Below, piece by piece: positions 8,848-19,740 of a stretch of DNA of 64,000 nt. The stretch is from positions 7,319 to 71,318 of the forward strand of contig CAMTWI010000003.1 of the NCBI GenBank assembly GCA_947085505.1. The letters are read 5' to 3'. This DNA comes from an uncultured bacterium. GTDB lineage: Bacteria > Patescibacteriota > Minisyncoccia > Phycocordibacterales > Phycocordibacteraceae. Below the pieces are notes generated by a model. That model did not search any database, was not told where the DNA came from, and was given only the letters and a program-made list of their open reading frames with translations. The position numbers were made by a program, and so were the translations under genes. How positions within the stretch are numbered: position 1 is the stretch's first letter; each line of letters begins with the position of its first letter.

Positions 8848-10584
8848 CTACCCTATAGCAATGATACGTAATCGTATCGGTTGTCCTCGTGAAAAAGTAT
8901 CTTCCTCCAAATGCGCGAGAAGAGAGATGCATTGTCCCTTCTCAAGTCGCGCACATGCGTCGCCAAGCTGACGCTTTGCGTAGAACGTCATAGCCTCTAT
9001 AGGAGCCTCCGGAAACTCCTCGTGTCCACGCCCTATCGTTAAACGAAGATGTTCCTCTGCTTTTCCAAACCAGGACACCTGCTCAAGACGCACCTCATGA
9101 AACGCAATAGAGGGTTTTGCATTACCCATACCAAACGGCGCGAGTGTCTGCAGTCGCTTCAAGACTTCTTTTGATACTGCTTCGGGTGTCATAACTGCGT
9201 CAGCACGCACCGCTTCGCGCCCGTCTTCTTTCGGGAGTGAGGCGAGTGTCCTTGCAAGTCGCTCCTCAAGATCAAATACTGCATCGGGCGCAACCGAAAA
9301 CCCTCCCGATGCCTTGTGCCCGCCAAATCCAAGAAACGTGTCACCCGCCGCGCGCATAAGCTCTACAACGTTGGTGTTCCCGGGTCCCGAACGGCATGAT
9401 CCTTTCATAGTGTCGTTGCCTTCGCGCCCCCACAAAAACACCGGGCGTCCGTATTCTTCAGCGATACCATTCGCAACAAGGCCCAAGAGTCCTGGTCTCC
9501 AATCCGGGTCCCCCATAGCAATAACAGAAGACAGTTCCTTCCCTTCCATCTTTCGCTCGAGCAGACGCTCATGCACGGCACGCGTAATCGCACCTGCTGA
9601 TGCACGCCTGGAACGATTCAAGGCCTCAAGCTTTTTCGATAACTGATCCGCTTCAGACTCACTTGTTGTTGAAAGAAGCAGGAACGCATCACGAGGATCG
9701 CCCATGCGGGACGCCGCATTGATACGTGGCGCAATCATGAAACCGACGTCTCCTTCTTCAATCTTTCCCTGATTCACCCTCGCAGCTTTGCAGAGCTTTA
9801 TAAATCCGATGCGCGGAGACTTTCGCATAACAAGAAGCCCATACGAAGCGATGACACGGTTCTCACCTGTGAGCGGCACCATATCCGCAATTGTTGAGAG
9901 ACCAGCCATATCAAGAAGCCACTTCTCCCAGCCTTCTGGAATCAAGTCGCGTCCGGGAAACCCTACCGCAAGCGTTGCACACACAAGTTTCCATGCAACG
10001 CCAGCACCACAGAGACTCTTATACGGATAGGTCTCTTCTGATCGTGCATTTGGGTTAAGAATTGCAAACGCAGGCGGCAATTCTTCCGCGGGAAGATGGT
10101 GATCGGTCACAATCACTTCCATACCAAGCTCGTTCGCTCGTGCAACGGCTTCCACGTCCGTAATACCGGAGTCAACCGTCACCACAAGCGTCACACCCTC
10201 CCCAGCAAGCTTCTCGAGTCCCGGAATATTTACCCCGTATCCTTCGTTGTGGCGATGCGGTATATAGTTCACGAAATTCGCACCGGCCTTCTTAAGAAAG
10301 TCGTGGAGCAGAACCCCGCCCGGAATACCGTCGCAATCGTAGTCGCTCCATACGGCAATCTTTTCACTGTCCCCTATCGCCGCCGCCACTCGTGCAGCTG
10401 CCTTTGGCATATCAAGCATGAGCATCGGGTCGTGGATATGTGCGTCATACGAAGGCGAGAGGAATGCTTCTGCGTCTTCCGCAGTTGTAATGCCGCGACG
10501 TGCAAGTAAGGCAGCCGTTATATCGTCATATGCCTTAAGGGCTTCGCGGACTGAATCGTCTATCGGATCATGGAGTAGGAACAT
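8848..10584 (-). CDS. recJ: ssDNA exonuclease RecJ
   Basis: DYDCDG, TVDSG, TDHH, GGH DHH/DHHA1 motifs, LAPFGMGN. Confidence 0.95.
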   Translation of the reverse strand: MFLLHDPIDDSVREALKAYDDITAALLARRGITTAEDAEAFLSPSYDAHIHDPMLMLDMPKAAARVAAAIGDSEKIAVWSDYDCDGIPGGVLLHDFLKKAGANFVNYIPHRHNEGYGVNIPGLEKLAGEGVTLVVTVDSGITDVEAVARANELGMEVIVTDHHLPAEELPPAFAILNPNARSEETYPYKSLCGAGVAWKLVCATLAVGFPGRDLIPEGWEKWLLDMAGLSTIADMVPLTGENRVIASYGLLVMRKSPRIGFIKLCKAARVNQGKIEEGDVGFMIAPRINAASRMGDPRDAFLLLSTTSESEADQLSKKLEALNRSRRASAGAITRAVHERLLERKMEGKELSSVIAMGDPDWRPGLLGLVANGIAEEYGRPVFLWGREGNDTMKGSCRSGPGNTNVVELMRAAGDTFLGFGGHKASGGFSVAPDAVFDLEERLARTLASLPKEDGREAVRADAVMTPEAVSKEVLKRLQTLAPFGMGNAKPSIAFHEVRLEQVSWFGKAEEHLRLTIGRGHEEFPEAPIEAMTFYAKRQLGDACARLEKGQCISLLAHLEEDTFSRGQPIRLRIIAIG

Positions 10585-10629
10585 GTCGGGTCATTGTATC
10601 AAAGTCATCGCTCGGGGTATCCTTCTGAT

Positions 10630-11052
10630 ATGGAAATTGAAGGCCAAAACGGTGTATTCATGAAAATACTGCGGCGTGAACTTCCTGCACAAATCGTGTA
10701 TGAAGACGAGAAGACCCTCGCCTTTCTTTCAACAGGACCCGTGACTCCAGGACACACGCTCGTTATACCGAAAGCCCCGTATCGAAATATTTTTGATATA
10801 GACCAGGATGCATTTGCTGCTGTAATGGAAACGGTCCGGAAAATGTCTCCCGCAATACGCGATGCTGTTGGAGCAAAAGGAGTGCAGATCAATTCAAACC
10901 ATGAGCATGAGGCTGGGCAGGAAGTGTTCCATCTTCACATGCACATAATTCCTCGACACGATCGGAAGGAATTCGAGTTCTGGCCGCACAAGGAGTACGC
11001 GGAAGGTGAAGCGGCGAGCGTCGCTCAAAAGATTAAGGAACAGATCGGCTAG
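10630..11052 (+). CDS. HIT family hydrolase
   Basis: GHTLVIPK, GQEVFHLHMHIIPR. Confidence 0.92.
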   Translation: MEIEGQNGVFMKILRRELPAQIVYEDEKTLAFLSTGPVTPGHTLVIPKAPYRNIFDIDQDAFAAVMETVRKMSPAIRDAVGAKGVQINSNHEHEAGQEVFHLHMHIIPRHDRKEFEFWPHKEYAEGEAASVAQKIKEQIG

Positions 11053-12182
11053 CGAAGCGCATCGAGACCTGGAAGCGTTCCCTTCGCAAGAAAGTCGAGC
11101 ATTGCACCGCCGCCGGTTGAAATAAAAGAGAATTGGTCAGAGATACCGAGCTTCTCTATGGCCGCTACCGTGTCTCCTCCACCAACAATAGAGCGTGCAT
11201 TAGACGAAGCGATCACGTGCGCAATGGCTTCTGTTCCTTGCACAAACCCGTTCTCATAATTTCCGAGTGGACCATTCCAAAGAATCGTCTTCGCCTTCTC
11301 AGCGTGTGCCGCAATGAGTGCGATAGTCTTGGGACCGTTATCAAGAATAGATTCAATTTGATCCACGTCTTGTATCTCCACCACCCTTCCACCAGTAACA
11401 GTTGTCCCAGCCTGTGCAACAACATAATCCACGGGCAACAACAACTTTCTGTTACCCATCAAGGTCTTTAGTTCTGTCTTATCAGCACCCGACACCAAAG
11501 ACTTTCCAATCGGCCTTCCGCTTGCCTGCATAAAATCATTCGCAAGCGCACCACCAACAAACACACGTTCATATGAAACGAGAAGCTTTTTAAGTACGGG
11601 CTCCTTTGTACCGAACTTGGCACCACCAATTATCGCAAGTGATGGCTTGCCGGGCTTCAGTGCCTTTGAAAGTTCTCGCACTTCTTCCTCAACAAGAAAG
11701 CCCACATAGGAAGGCAAGAATTCTGGGACCCCAACAACAGAAGCGTGCGGACGATGGCATACATCAAACGAGTCCTCGACATATATATCCGCGAGGTCGG
11801 CGAGCGCTGCGGCGAAATCGCGTCGGTTCTCTTGCTCCCCTTTATCCCGTCTAAGGTTCTCGAGCATGAGCACTCCCCCGGGAGGAAGCTGGCGTACCGC
11901 GTCGCGGGCCTTGGGGCCTGTTGTAACCGGACAAAATCTAAGCTCCGGAATGAATTCCTTCATAGCACGAAACACTGGCTCGAGGGTTTCCGTTCCTTTG
12001 TCACCAATGTGGCCGATGAGCACAACGCGTGCATGGTGCTTTCGTAAGTACTCAATAGTCGGAAGTGCGCGTCGCAGTCTAAAGCTGCCCGCAACTTCTC
12101 CTCCCTGAACCGGCACATTCAGTGCACATCGCACCAGCACCGGGATATTCTCAAGAACCTTAATGCTACGGACGCTTCGCAT
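11049..12182 (-). CDS. pgk: Phosphoglycerate kinase
   Basis: LENLR, IIGGAK, WNGPLG, GGGDT, STGGGA. Confidence 0.95.
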   Translation of the reverse strand: MRSVRSIKVLENIPVLVRCALNVPVQGGEVAGSFRLRRALPTIEYLRKHHARVVLIGHIGDKGTETLEPVFRAMKEFIPELRFCPVTTGPKARDAVRQLPPGGVLMLENLRRDKGEQENRRDFAAALADLADIYVEDSFDVCHRPHASVVGVPEFLPSYVGFLVEEEVRELSKALKPGKPSLAIIGGAKFGTKEPVLKKLLVSYERVFVGGALANDFMQASGRPIGKSLVSGADKTELKTLMGNRKLLLPVDYVVAQAGTTVTGGRVVEIQDVDQIESILDNGPKTIALIAAHAEKAKTILWNGPLGNYENGFVQGTEAIAHVIASSNARSIVGGGDTVAAIEKLGISDQFSFISTGGGAMLDFLAKGTLPGLDALR

Positions 12183-12205
12183 GTCTTTAGTATAGAGGAG
12201 AAGCG

Positions 12206-12907
12206 CTACAGACTCGACTGAATCTCTTCGAACCACAATCGATATCCTTCTGAAGATGGATGGAGGCCGTCTGCTGCAAGATATATCTCCGGCTTCTCAT
12301 TGATCTGCTTGGTTGCAGGGGAATTGCCAAAATTCACGTAGGTTACGCCTTCTTCCTTGGCAACCTTCGCAAAGATTTCGTGATATGTGTTATTCAAACG
12401 TGTATGGAATGGGCGCACTGGCCACGGGAACAACGTAGCGCCCCCGACATCGCCCGCTGAGATAATCACAACCTTCTCAGCGTCCGGAAGATTTCGTATC
12501 GTTCTACGCAGCTCCTCACCTACACCTTCTGCTGGCTTGAAACGGATGATGTCATTGCCCCCTATCTGAATAAGAATTAAGCGGTACTGTTCGAGCTTGG
12601 CGCTCTCTCTCTGTTTGTTTAGGTCACTCGTAACGGCACCTGAGACTGCATAGTTTTCTAGACTATCTGCCTGAAGGAAGCCACTCACCCGCCCTGCAAC
12701 ACTTTCTTCGGGCCGCTCCGCTCCGATACCAACGGCAGTGCTGTCTCCGAGCACGAGAACCGTGTTCTCTCCTTCCCCAGCTTTCTGATACGCAACTGTT
12801 GCGTTAATTATCTTCTTCGAAACTTGCACGGTCATGAAAAACTTTACGCCCCAATACACAACAAGAAGCAGGACAAGCCCGCCGAGTACGAAAAATGTAG
12901 TGCGCAT
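12206..12907 (-). CDS. SGNH/GDSL hydrolase, membrane-anchored
   Basis: LGDST, SGA, GGND, DGLHP. Confidence 0.9.
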   Translation of the reverse strand: MRTTFFVLGGLVLLLVVYWGVKFFMTVQVSKKIINATVAYQKAGEGENTVLVLGDSTAVGIGAERPEESVAGRVSGFLQADSLENYAVSGAVTSDLNKQRESAKLEQYRLILIQIGGNDIIRFKPAEGVGEELRRTIRNLPDAEKVVIISAGDVGGATLFPWPVRPFHTRLNNTYHEIFAKVAKEEGVTYVNFGNSPATKQINEKPEIYLAADGLHPSSEGYRLWFEEIQSSL

Positions 12908-12944
12908 AAAAACTTAGTGTATCTACTTTCGAGTGAAGGGCAGG

Positions 12945-13697
12945 TTAGGAGACTGCTTTCACGAGTGCTGTGAACCCCGCTACGTCTGTTGAAGCACGTC
13001 CTATAAGAAATCCGTCAATGCCGGTTCCGGAAGCAAGCGAGCGAACGTTACTCACATCAACCGATCCTCCATACAAAATGCGTACCTTCTGGTTTGCGCG
13101 TCCAGGCATGAAGTCGGCAAGCACCTTGCGTATATACAGAATCATTTCAGAAAGGTCGTTTGGGGTGATAGCTTCAAGTTCTGATTTGCCAATAGCCCAA
13201 ACGGGTTCGTACGCGATAACAATAGAGAGACGCTCCTTCGTTGAGAGTGATGCCATAACCGCACTCAGCTGCGCACGCACACGCTTCAAGTAGTGGGCTT
13301 CGGTATCTCGATCAATCTCCCCAATACAAATAATTGGCGTCATGCCGTGCGCAAGTACGTGACGGGCCTTTTCGGTAACTATCTCGTCTGATTCTCCGCG
13401 AGCGCGACGTTCCGAATGCCCCACAATTACATACGAGACCCCAAGGTCCTTTAAAAGTCCTGCGGTCACTTCCCCAGTCTCAGCTCCCCCCACCGTTATA
13501 GACACATCCTGAGCACCAAGCTTAAGGGCTTCTTGAGCATCCGGCTTCGCTGGAGCAATAAAGCCAATATGCGGGGCCGCCGGAGCGATAACAATCTCGT
13601 TATCCCCCTTACTAGCGAGGCGTTTGGCGCTTATACACAATGCCTTTGCCTTTGCCTTTGATTCTACGTAGGCCTTCCAGTTTCCAACGATAAGCAT
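12945..13697 (-). CDS. tpiA: Triosephosphate isomerase
   Basis: GNWK, GHSERR, AYEPVWAIG, LYGGSV. Confidence 0.95.
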   Translation of the reverse strand: MLIVGNWKAYVESKAKAKALCISAKRLASKGDNEIVIAPAAPHIGFIAPAKPDAQEALKLGAQDVSITVGGAETGEVTAGLLKDLGVSYVIVGHSERRARGESDEIVTEKARHVLAHGMTPIICIGEIDRDTEAHYLKRVRAQLSAVMASLSTKERLSIVIAYEPVWAIGKSELEAITPNDLSEMILYIRKVLADFMPGRANQKVRILYGGSVDVSNVRSLASGTGIDGFLIGRASTDVAGFTALVKAVS

Positions 13698-13806
13698 GGC
13701 TAAATCGTAGCATGCCAATGATGTCTCGATTTTGGCCCTGCCTCTAGTCGTTTATATACCGCACGGTAGCTGGATTAAGGTTTTAACCTTTGTCCTTGAT
13801 CATTTC

Positions 13807-15231
13807 TTACTCCTCTCGCCAGTCTACAAATTGATAGTCGCTTGAGGTCTGTGGCGTGAATGGCGGAGGGTCAGTTGCGAGATTGCGATCGTACGCGTCG
13901 ATACGAGTTTGATACCCAGCCGAGTTCGTGCAACTTGTATTGAGGCACCATTTTGTGCCAGTACGGAGATTCGATACCGTTGTACCGAGAATGGTAAGCG
14001 TGCCGCGCGCATCATACGATGAGTTTCCATAGTAGTTGCGACCGAACGCACCTCCCTGTGCCACAAAAATACCGTTGAGTGTCATATTGTACGGAGAGTC
14101 GGGAGTGATAAGGATATTATTCTGTGCAATAACTGTGAGACCATCACTTCCGTCTGTCTGTGCATACGTTAGATTTCCTGGAAGCATTACGTTTGGTTTG
14201 ATACCAGTTGTTGTGACGTTCGCCGCCACAACCGTTACTTTTGTATCCACCACTCCCTCAATCCAGACGTTATCCTCAACAAAAATGAGTCCGCAATTTT
14301 CAGGGACGGTAATCGTCGAATAGAAGGTTTCGTTGCCAACAAGCTGGCGATCCGGTAGATCGTCGTCACTCGGATTAATGTGTGTCGAAGGAACTGATGA
14401 GGCAGTGGTAATACGCGTAACCGTCACCGTCCCACCTGCATTAAACCGAAGACGATACCCACGCCAGTAACTCGTAGCATTCGTGACGTTGGTCTCACTA
14501 AAGCGCGGCAAATAGTATCCATCGGCAAGAGCCTTCGTTTTAAGGCTCGCGAAATCAGCGGATATCGCACCGAAGTCTACCTGCGGCACTGGGTAATCCC
14601 AGAGATTTGTATTTGTTCCTGCACCCCACACCCCTGCCTTCGTCTGGTTTGGCGAGCACCCAAACGCTGAGGTACATAGCCAGGTCGAAAGCGAACTTGT
14701 TACCGGAGAGTTAATTGTGCCGTCCATGCGGATTCCCCCATTCGAATGGTAGGGGCCAAGGATCACACGATCTGAACCTGCCCACACACTGTCGTTGAGC
14801 ACATACGAGAATCGCGCGACCGTTGGACGCGCATATCGCGTCGTTATAGTGCGTGAGATTGTTGAATGTTCTACGGGCGTACCTGTAGAACTAATATCAA
14901 TAGAGGTGAGCGTGTCACATGAAGTGTTCCCCGTTATTGAAAGCTCGATGGTTCCAATCTCCCCACCCTCCGGGTCCATGTACGGAATAATATACGGACC
15001 CGGTTGTCCCGTACCGTTCGTGAGATCGTTCGGATAGTGTGCAAGAAACCACCGATAGTACTCGATACCCGCCTCAGCGATCGCAATCGCGCGAGCTGAA
15101 GCTGTCGCGTTTGTTTGAAACCGATTCTCTGAAAGCACGAAACCTGAAAGAGCGCCGAGCACAGTAACAAACACCGCACCAAAGACAATCGCCAGGAGCA
15201 TGAGGTATCCACGAGGGGGAGAGTGTTTCAT
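13807..15231 (-). CDS. PilX-like minor pilin with large beta-rich C-terminal domain
   Basis: RG|YLMLL prepilin site lacking E5, AIAEAGIEY, C-terminal WRE. Confidence 0.75.
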   Translation of the reverse strand: MKHSPPRGYLMLLAIVFGAVFVTVLGALSGFVLSENRFQTNATASARAIAIAEAGIEYYRWFLAHYPNDLTNGTGQPGPYIIPYMDPEGGEIGTIELSITGNTSCDTLTSIDISSTGTPVEHSTISRTITTRYARPTVARFSYVLNDSVWAGSDRVILGPYHSNGGIRMDGTINSPVTSSLSTWLCTSAFGCSPNQTKAGVWGAGTNTNLWDYPVPQVDFGAISADFASLKTKALADGYYLPRFSETNVTNATSYWRGYRLRFNAGGTVTVTRITTASSVPSTHINPSDDDLPDRQLVGNETFYSTITVPENCGLIFVEDNVWIEGVVDTKVTVVAANVTTTGIKPNVMLPGNLTYAQTDGSDGLTVIAQNNILITPDSPYNMTLNGIFVAQGGAFGRNYYGNSSYDARGTLTILGTTVSNLRTGTKWCLNTSCTNSAGYQTRIDAYDRNLATDPPPFTPQTSSDYQFVDWREE

Positions 15232-15235
15232 AAAA

Positions 15236-15847
15236 TTATTCGCTACGAAGATTACGCAGCGTTGCACCACCTTCTATAGTGAGAATGTTTGGGGCGCGCT
15301 GCGGATTGATATCGACATCGAGTCGTGCACGAATAGTACGCACAGCGGCAATGTTAATGCTACCAGTAAGTTCAACGCCGTCGCTATCGAAATAGCGGAA
15401 CGCGGGTGTTGCCGCATCGTTCTTCACCCACGTCGCAATAATAGACGTCGATTCAGTCTGTCCCGTATAGGATGGCGGGTTTCCCCCAGCATTCGTTACT
15501 CCCTGGTACAGGACGCCACCTGAGAGGTATAACCGGATACGCTCTATCGAATGGTCTGCATCTCCATTTGCGTAGAACGTCACCGACGAAGTCGCTGCTG
15601 CCATAAGCGGGTACGACCCGTCTTCTCCATATGAGGCAGCTCGCAAAAGCGCTAGTGATTCATTGACTCCACGACTCGCACTATCCACCGCACTCGTAGC
15701 CTCAAGTAGGTACGCATTTGAGCGGTAGAAATACGAAATCATTGAGAGGAGACCGACACCGACCAGGCCCGTAAGTCCAATAACCACAACCATCTCCATA
15801 AGGGTAAATCCTCTAGAAGTGAGTGCGACGGAAGATGTGCGGTGCAT
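15236..15847 (-). CDS. PilW/PulJ-like minor pilin
   Basis: RG|FTLME N-methylation motif, C-terminal LRNL. Confidence 0.85.
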   Translation of the reverse strand: MHRTSSVALTSRGFTLMEMVVVIGLTGLVGVGLLSMISYFYRSNAYLLEATSAVDSASRGVNESLALLRAASYGEDGSYPLMAAATSSVTFYANGDADHSIERIRLYLSGGVLYQGVTNAGGNPPSYTGQTESTSIIATWVKNDAATPAFRYFDSDGVELTGSINIAAVRTIRARLDVDINPQRAPNILTIEGGATLRNLRSE

Positions 15848-15850
15848 AGA

Positions 15851-17311
15851 TTATTGAATGATATAAATGGCCTCGGTCGTCATCCCCGGCTCAAGAGTAT
15901 GTGGTGGTGTCGACGTTGGACTTACGAGGCTGTATCCCGGAATGGTAAGCGTATACACATCCCACTCAAGCGTGAGTGCTCGGTTCCCCGTCACGTCCGT
16001 AGTGCTTTCTATAATTGTCTTATAGAGAGGATCACCCGCTCCCGTCGTCCCCTTTCTCTTAGCACCAGTGAAAGTAAAAGGAACGTTTGGTAACGGTAAC
16101 GGCCCCTCTTCAAACGTAATCTGCCAACTCTCAACCGAAGGGGTGCTGAGTCCGTCCGCACTCGCAAGAGATGCGCGCAACGCAAGTCCCGGATAGGTTG
16201 AGGTAGAAACACCTGTCAGGTCTATGGGAAACGTAGTGAACCCGATACTGTTTCCAGGAATCACCGCGTCCGGAATGAGTCCGCCCGCGCTATCAGTAAC
16301 AGAGACCGTATAGCTGGTAGCAGCAGGAGTAGTTACTGAAGCCTGAATTGAAGTCCACTCGGCCAAGTACACAGGTGCAGTGGTTATCGACCGAGCGCTT
16401 CCAGAGAATGCGTAACTACCCGGAGCACCTGCGAGCATAAGCGCGCCAGCACTCACCTGCACTGACAGCATCTCCTCAAGATTAGAAGCGTCAGTAAACG
16501 TGTCGCTTGACACTGCCTGCCGGATTGGTTCAAACGTGCGGAGCGTAAACGAGGAGAGTACATCAATAGCGAACGTGCTCGTGGTCGTTTGGCCCAAGGA
16601 AACCGTGAGGTATCCTGGTGTCGGATTCTGATTCGTTACATCGCGTGCATACGTCTGCGCAGTCGAGTACCCATCTTTGGTAACAGTAATACGGTAGTCG
16701 GTTGATGTTGGTGCACCCGGGAGCGATACGCTGCCAGCGCTATCAGAAAACGTGATGAGGTCGATTGCAGGAGAGACGCTTGAATTTTCGATATGTACCG
16801 AAGCACCAGCAACCGCACCCCCGACCGCATTCACGACATTCACACGCAGGGTGCCTCCCCCTGCCGTTGTTTCAATCGAGGGTGGTACGACATTCGAGAC
16901 AATAACAATCTCTCGCTCCTCTCCACGGAACTGATACGTCGCTGCAATACGAACACGCTTGTAGTCTGTCGTAATACCGTTAGAATCTGCCGCTCCAAAC
17001 CCGTCCTTGGGATCATCCACATACTGAATGAGTGTGCGGACACCGTACGGAATACCGTTCATAGTTGTGGTCGCATACTGCTCGATAGGTCCCGCAGGAA
17101 TACCCCCAAGCGTACCAACATTGTCATAGGACAGGGAGCGAATATATTCCATCTGCGTTGTTGCCACCGCAGTGCCCCCGGCCTTTGCCTTCGAGGAAGA
17201 AGAGATGAGGAGTGATGCACGCAAGAGTCCGAGGAGTGCAAGAAACACAATAAGAATGAGTGCGATGCCAACAATGACATCTACCAAGGACATGCCGCGC
17301 GGTGCATTCAT
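15851..17311 (-). CDS. PilV-like minor pilin fused to carboxypeptidase-regulatory-like beta-sandwich domains
   Basis: RG|MSLVD, QMEYIRSL, GTLRVNV..GASV..YRITVTKDGY. Confidence 0.75.
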   Translation of the reverse strand: MNAPRGMSLVDVIVGIALILIVFLALLGLLRASLLISSSSKAKAGGTAVATTQMEYIRSLSYDNVGTLGGIPAGPIEQYATTTMNGIPYGVRTLIQYVDDPKDGFGAADSNGITTDYKRVRIAATYQFRGEEREIVIVSNVVPPSIETTAGGGTLRVNVVNAVGGAVAGASVHIENSSVSPAIDLITFSDSAGSVSLPGAPTSTDYRITVTKDGYSTAQTYARDVTNQNPTPGYLTVSLGQTTTSTFAIDVLSSFTLRTFEPIRQAVSSDTFTDASNLEEMLSVQVSAGALMLAGAPGSYAFSGSARSITTAPVYLAEWTSIQASVTTPAATSYTVSVTDSAGGLIPDAVIPGNSIGFTTFPIDLTGVSTSTYPGLALRASLASADGLSTPSVESWQITFEEGPLPLPNVPFTFTGAKRKGTTGAGDPLYKTIIESTTDVTGNRALTLEWDVYTLTIPGYSLVSPTSTPPHTLEPGMTTEAIYIIQ

Positions 17312-17342
17312 ACACGTATGATAACGCACCGATACATGCTCT

Positions 17343-17561
17343 CTAGCGGTTCTGGCGACCCGGCTTCAATAGTTTCGATAAGAGCGCAAAGAGTTCAATC
17401 CCCTCCTGCCTCGTAATCTGCATTTCAGAGTCCTCGTCCGGACCAGTCACAAACAACACGACACCGGGAATCCCTTGTACGGGCTCCTCGCTTACGCGTA
17501 CATATACATCGTTCCCTTTCTCGTTCCGGAAACGAGTTGATACCACCTTACCTATAGCCAT
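17343..17561 (-). CDS. Small hypothetical protein
   Basis: 72-aa ORF with TACACT -10 just upstream. Confidence 0.6.
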   Translation of the reverse strand: MAIGKVVSTRFRNEKGNDVYVRVSEEPVQGIPGVVLFVTGPDEDSEMQITRQEGIELFALLSKLLKPGRQNR

Positions 17562-17631
17562 ATGCAGGCAGTGTAGCTCAGTTAACAATCTGGGACGATG
17601 TTAGAACTTTTTACATAAATATATAGACCAC

Positions 17632-17668
17632 AAGAAAAGACCGGCTTGGTATAAGCCGGTCTTTTCTT
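17632..17668. terminator. Bidirectional terminator
   Basis: AAGAAAAGACCGGCTT..AAGCCGGTCTTTTCTT. Confidence 0.75.
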
Positions 17669-17682
17669 ACGTAGGGTATGTA

Positions 17683-18321
17683 TTACGCCTCAGTCTTCAC
17701 AAATAGCTTTGTGAACCATCCAAACAAGCTGAAACTTTGCTCGTTTTCGGTAACAAAGCCATCAAGCTTAACTAGCTCATCCTTGAGTAAACTAATCTGA
17801 GCTTCAAGATCAGCGCGTACAGACGCATCGGTTGTCTTGCTGAGAGTGTTCTCAAGTCGCTGGATATCAGCGTTACTCTTTGCAATATTGCTTCGTACGG
17901 CTCCTGCGTTCTTCCAATCTGTGCCGAAGAGGAAATCTAGAATATTGCTTCGCTTTTCAACCTTTGTCATAGCCTCAACCGTTGTTGACGCTGAATCATT
18001 CTGTGAGTTCGCAACTGCACGTACCTCTGTGCCTATGGCACGATCACGGTCTGCAACAGAGAGTAGCGACTGAACGAAGGTAGCAACCATACTGCGATGT
18101 GACTCTGCAGTTATTTGTCCACGTGTAGTCGTCGAAGCGTTACCTCCCTTGTTGCCAGCATTCACCTGAGCCTCGCTGTTACCGCGAGTGGATGTCTCCT
18201 GAGAATTTGCTTGTGCGTTTACACTTACATCAACGTCAGCCTGAATGCCAGGTACCTGCGCATGTGCAGCTGTTGCTGAGAATAGAACGGCTAGTGTAAG
18301 AATGGGTATTAGTTTAATCAT
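17683..18321 (-). CDS. Secreted coiled-coil hypothetical protein
   Basis: Signal peptide (AHA|Q), helical C-terminus ending FSLFGWF. Confidence 0.75.
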   Translation of the reverse strand: MIKLIPILTLAVLFSATAAHAQVPGIQADVDVSVNAQANSQETSTRGNSEAQVNAGNKGGNASTTTRGQITAESHRSMVATFVQSLLSVADRDRAIGTEVRAVANSQNDSASTTVEAMTKVEKRSNILDFLFGTDWKNAGAVRSNIAKSNADIQRLENTLSKTTDASVRADLEAQISLLKDELVKLDGFVTENEQSFSLFGWFTKLFVKTEA

Positions 18322-18428
18322 AGGTTAGATAATGAAGGTAATGCGTAATCATAGTGTACTACCTTACTCTCCATAGATGACGGCTGGACACCTAGAGTCT
18401 TACTCTAGGTGGGAGACTAGAGATAGAA

Positions 18429-19640
18429 CTAAATCTTATCCGAAAGCGAGTAGATAGGCGTAATCATCGCCATCGCGAACACACCCACTGCGCTTCCGAT
18501 GAAAAGCATAAGTACTGGCTCGATAATAGTGGAGAGGTCCTTGGTACGTTCTTCAACATCGTTCTCATAGTACTGCGCAACTTGCCCGAGCATGTCTGCC
18601 ACCTTTCCTGTCTCTTCGCCAACCGCAATCATGTCGCCGACGAATACTGGATAGAGTTTTGCGTGGTCCGTGAACGAGACTGAAAGTGTTTCACCTTTAC
18701 GAACACGCTCTTCTGCTTCCTTAATCACTTTTCCAAACGGGTTATCGCCAACCACCTCCGCAGCAATACTGAGTGTCGAGAGCATCTCAACGCCTGACGA
18801 CAAAAGCGAGGACATTGCCCGAGCGGCCCTAGCACTCATAGTCTCGCGAACGAGCTCGCCGATAACCGGAACACGGAGCGCAAGGAACAGCGTTATGCGG
18901 CCTCCAATCTTAGATTTTAAGAAGAATATAAAACCTGTAATGAAAACAACGAGCATGACGAACACGAGAATCGCATTCGACGCCATAAAGTCTGATGCGC
19001 CGATAATTATTTTCGTTGCGGTTGGCAGCTCAACGTTAAGCTCCTTAAACGTGTTAGAAAGCGTCGGTACGACGAAAATCATCATGAGGATACCGATAAT
19101 GATGATCGCGACGAGGATAATCGCAGGATAGATCATCGCGCCCTTCACCTTCTTTTGAAGGTTATTCGCCTTCTCCATCTGTCGTGCAACAACCGCAAGT
19201 GCATCAGCTAAGGTTCCTGACTCCTCACCTGCCTTACTCATCGCAATAAAGAGATCGGAGAATACCTTCCGATGCCTGGCGAGGGCCTCATGAAAAGACG
19301 AACCTTTCTTTACCTCCTCCTCGAGATCCATCACGATCTTCTTGAGTGCCTTGTTCTTTGTCTGTCGCTCAATAACGGAGAGTGCGCGGGTAAGTGTGAG
19401 ACCTGCAGCAATCATAGCCGCGAGATTCTTGGTGAATGTAATCTTCTCGTCAGTCTTCACACCGGTCCCAATCGTCATCTGCATCCACGCCGGCATAAGC
19501 GTACCGCTTCCCTCTTGTACAGACACAACGACACCCCCTTCTTTTTCTACTTGCTCATACACCGCGAATCTTGATGCGGCTTCGAGCACACGCTTCGTCT
19601 CTTCTCCTTCAGGACTCTTTGAGGTTACGCGAAATTTCAT
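18429..19640 (-). CDS. pilC: Type IV pilus platform protein (T2SS-F family)
   Basis: AGEESGTL, AMIYP, VGEETG, IIEP. Confidence 0.92.
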   Translation of the reverse strand: MKFRVTSKSPEGEETKRVLEAASRFAVYEQVEKEGGVVVSVQEGSGTLMPAWMQMTIGTGVKTDEKITFTKNLAAMIAAGLTLTRALSVIERQTKNKALKKIVMDLEEEVKKGSSFHEALARHRKVFSDLFIAMSKAGEESGTLADALAVVARQMEKANNLQKKVKGAMIYPAIILVAIIIIGILMMIFVVPTLSNTFKELNVELPTATKIIIGASDFMASNAILVFVMLVVFITGFIFFLKSKIGGRITLFLALRVPVIGELVRETMSARAARAMSSLLSSGVEMLSTLSIAAEVVGDNPFGKVIKEAEERVRKGETLSVSFTDHAKLYPVFVGDMIAVGEETGKVADMLGQVAQYYENDVEERTKDLSTIIEPVLMLFIGSAVGVFAMAMITPIYSLSDKI

Positions 19641-19740
19641 AAAAGAATCGTAGCATGCAAAATGAAACGGGCCGGACTCTCTAAAGGAGAATCCAGCCCG
19701 TGAACTATCGGTTCATGAACGCGAGCCGAGACGTGATGAC

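Noticed and set aside
18388-18410. CACCTAGAGT-CTT-ACTCTAGGTG palindrome
   Set aside because: Single copy right after the pilC stop; most simply an mRNA 3' hairpin
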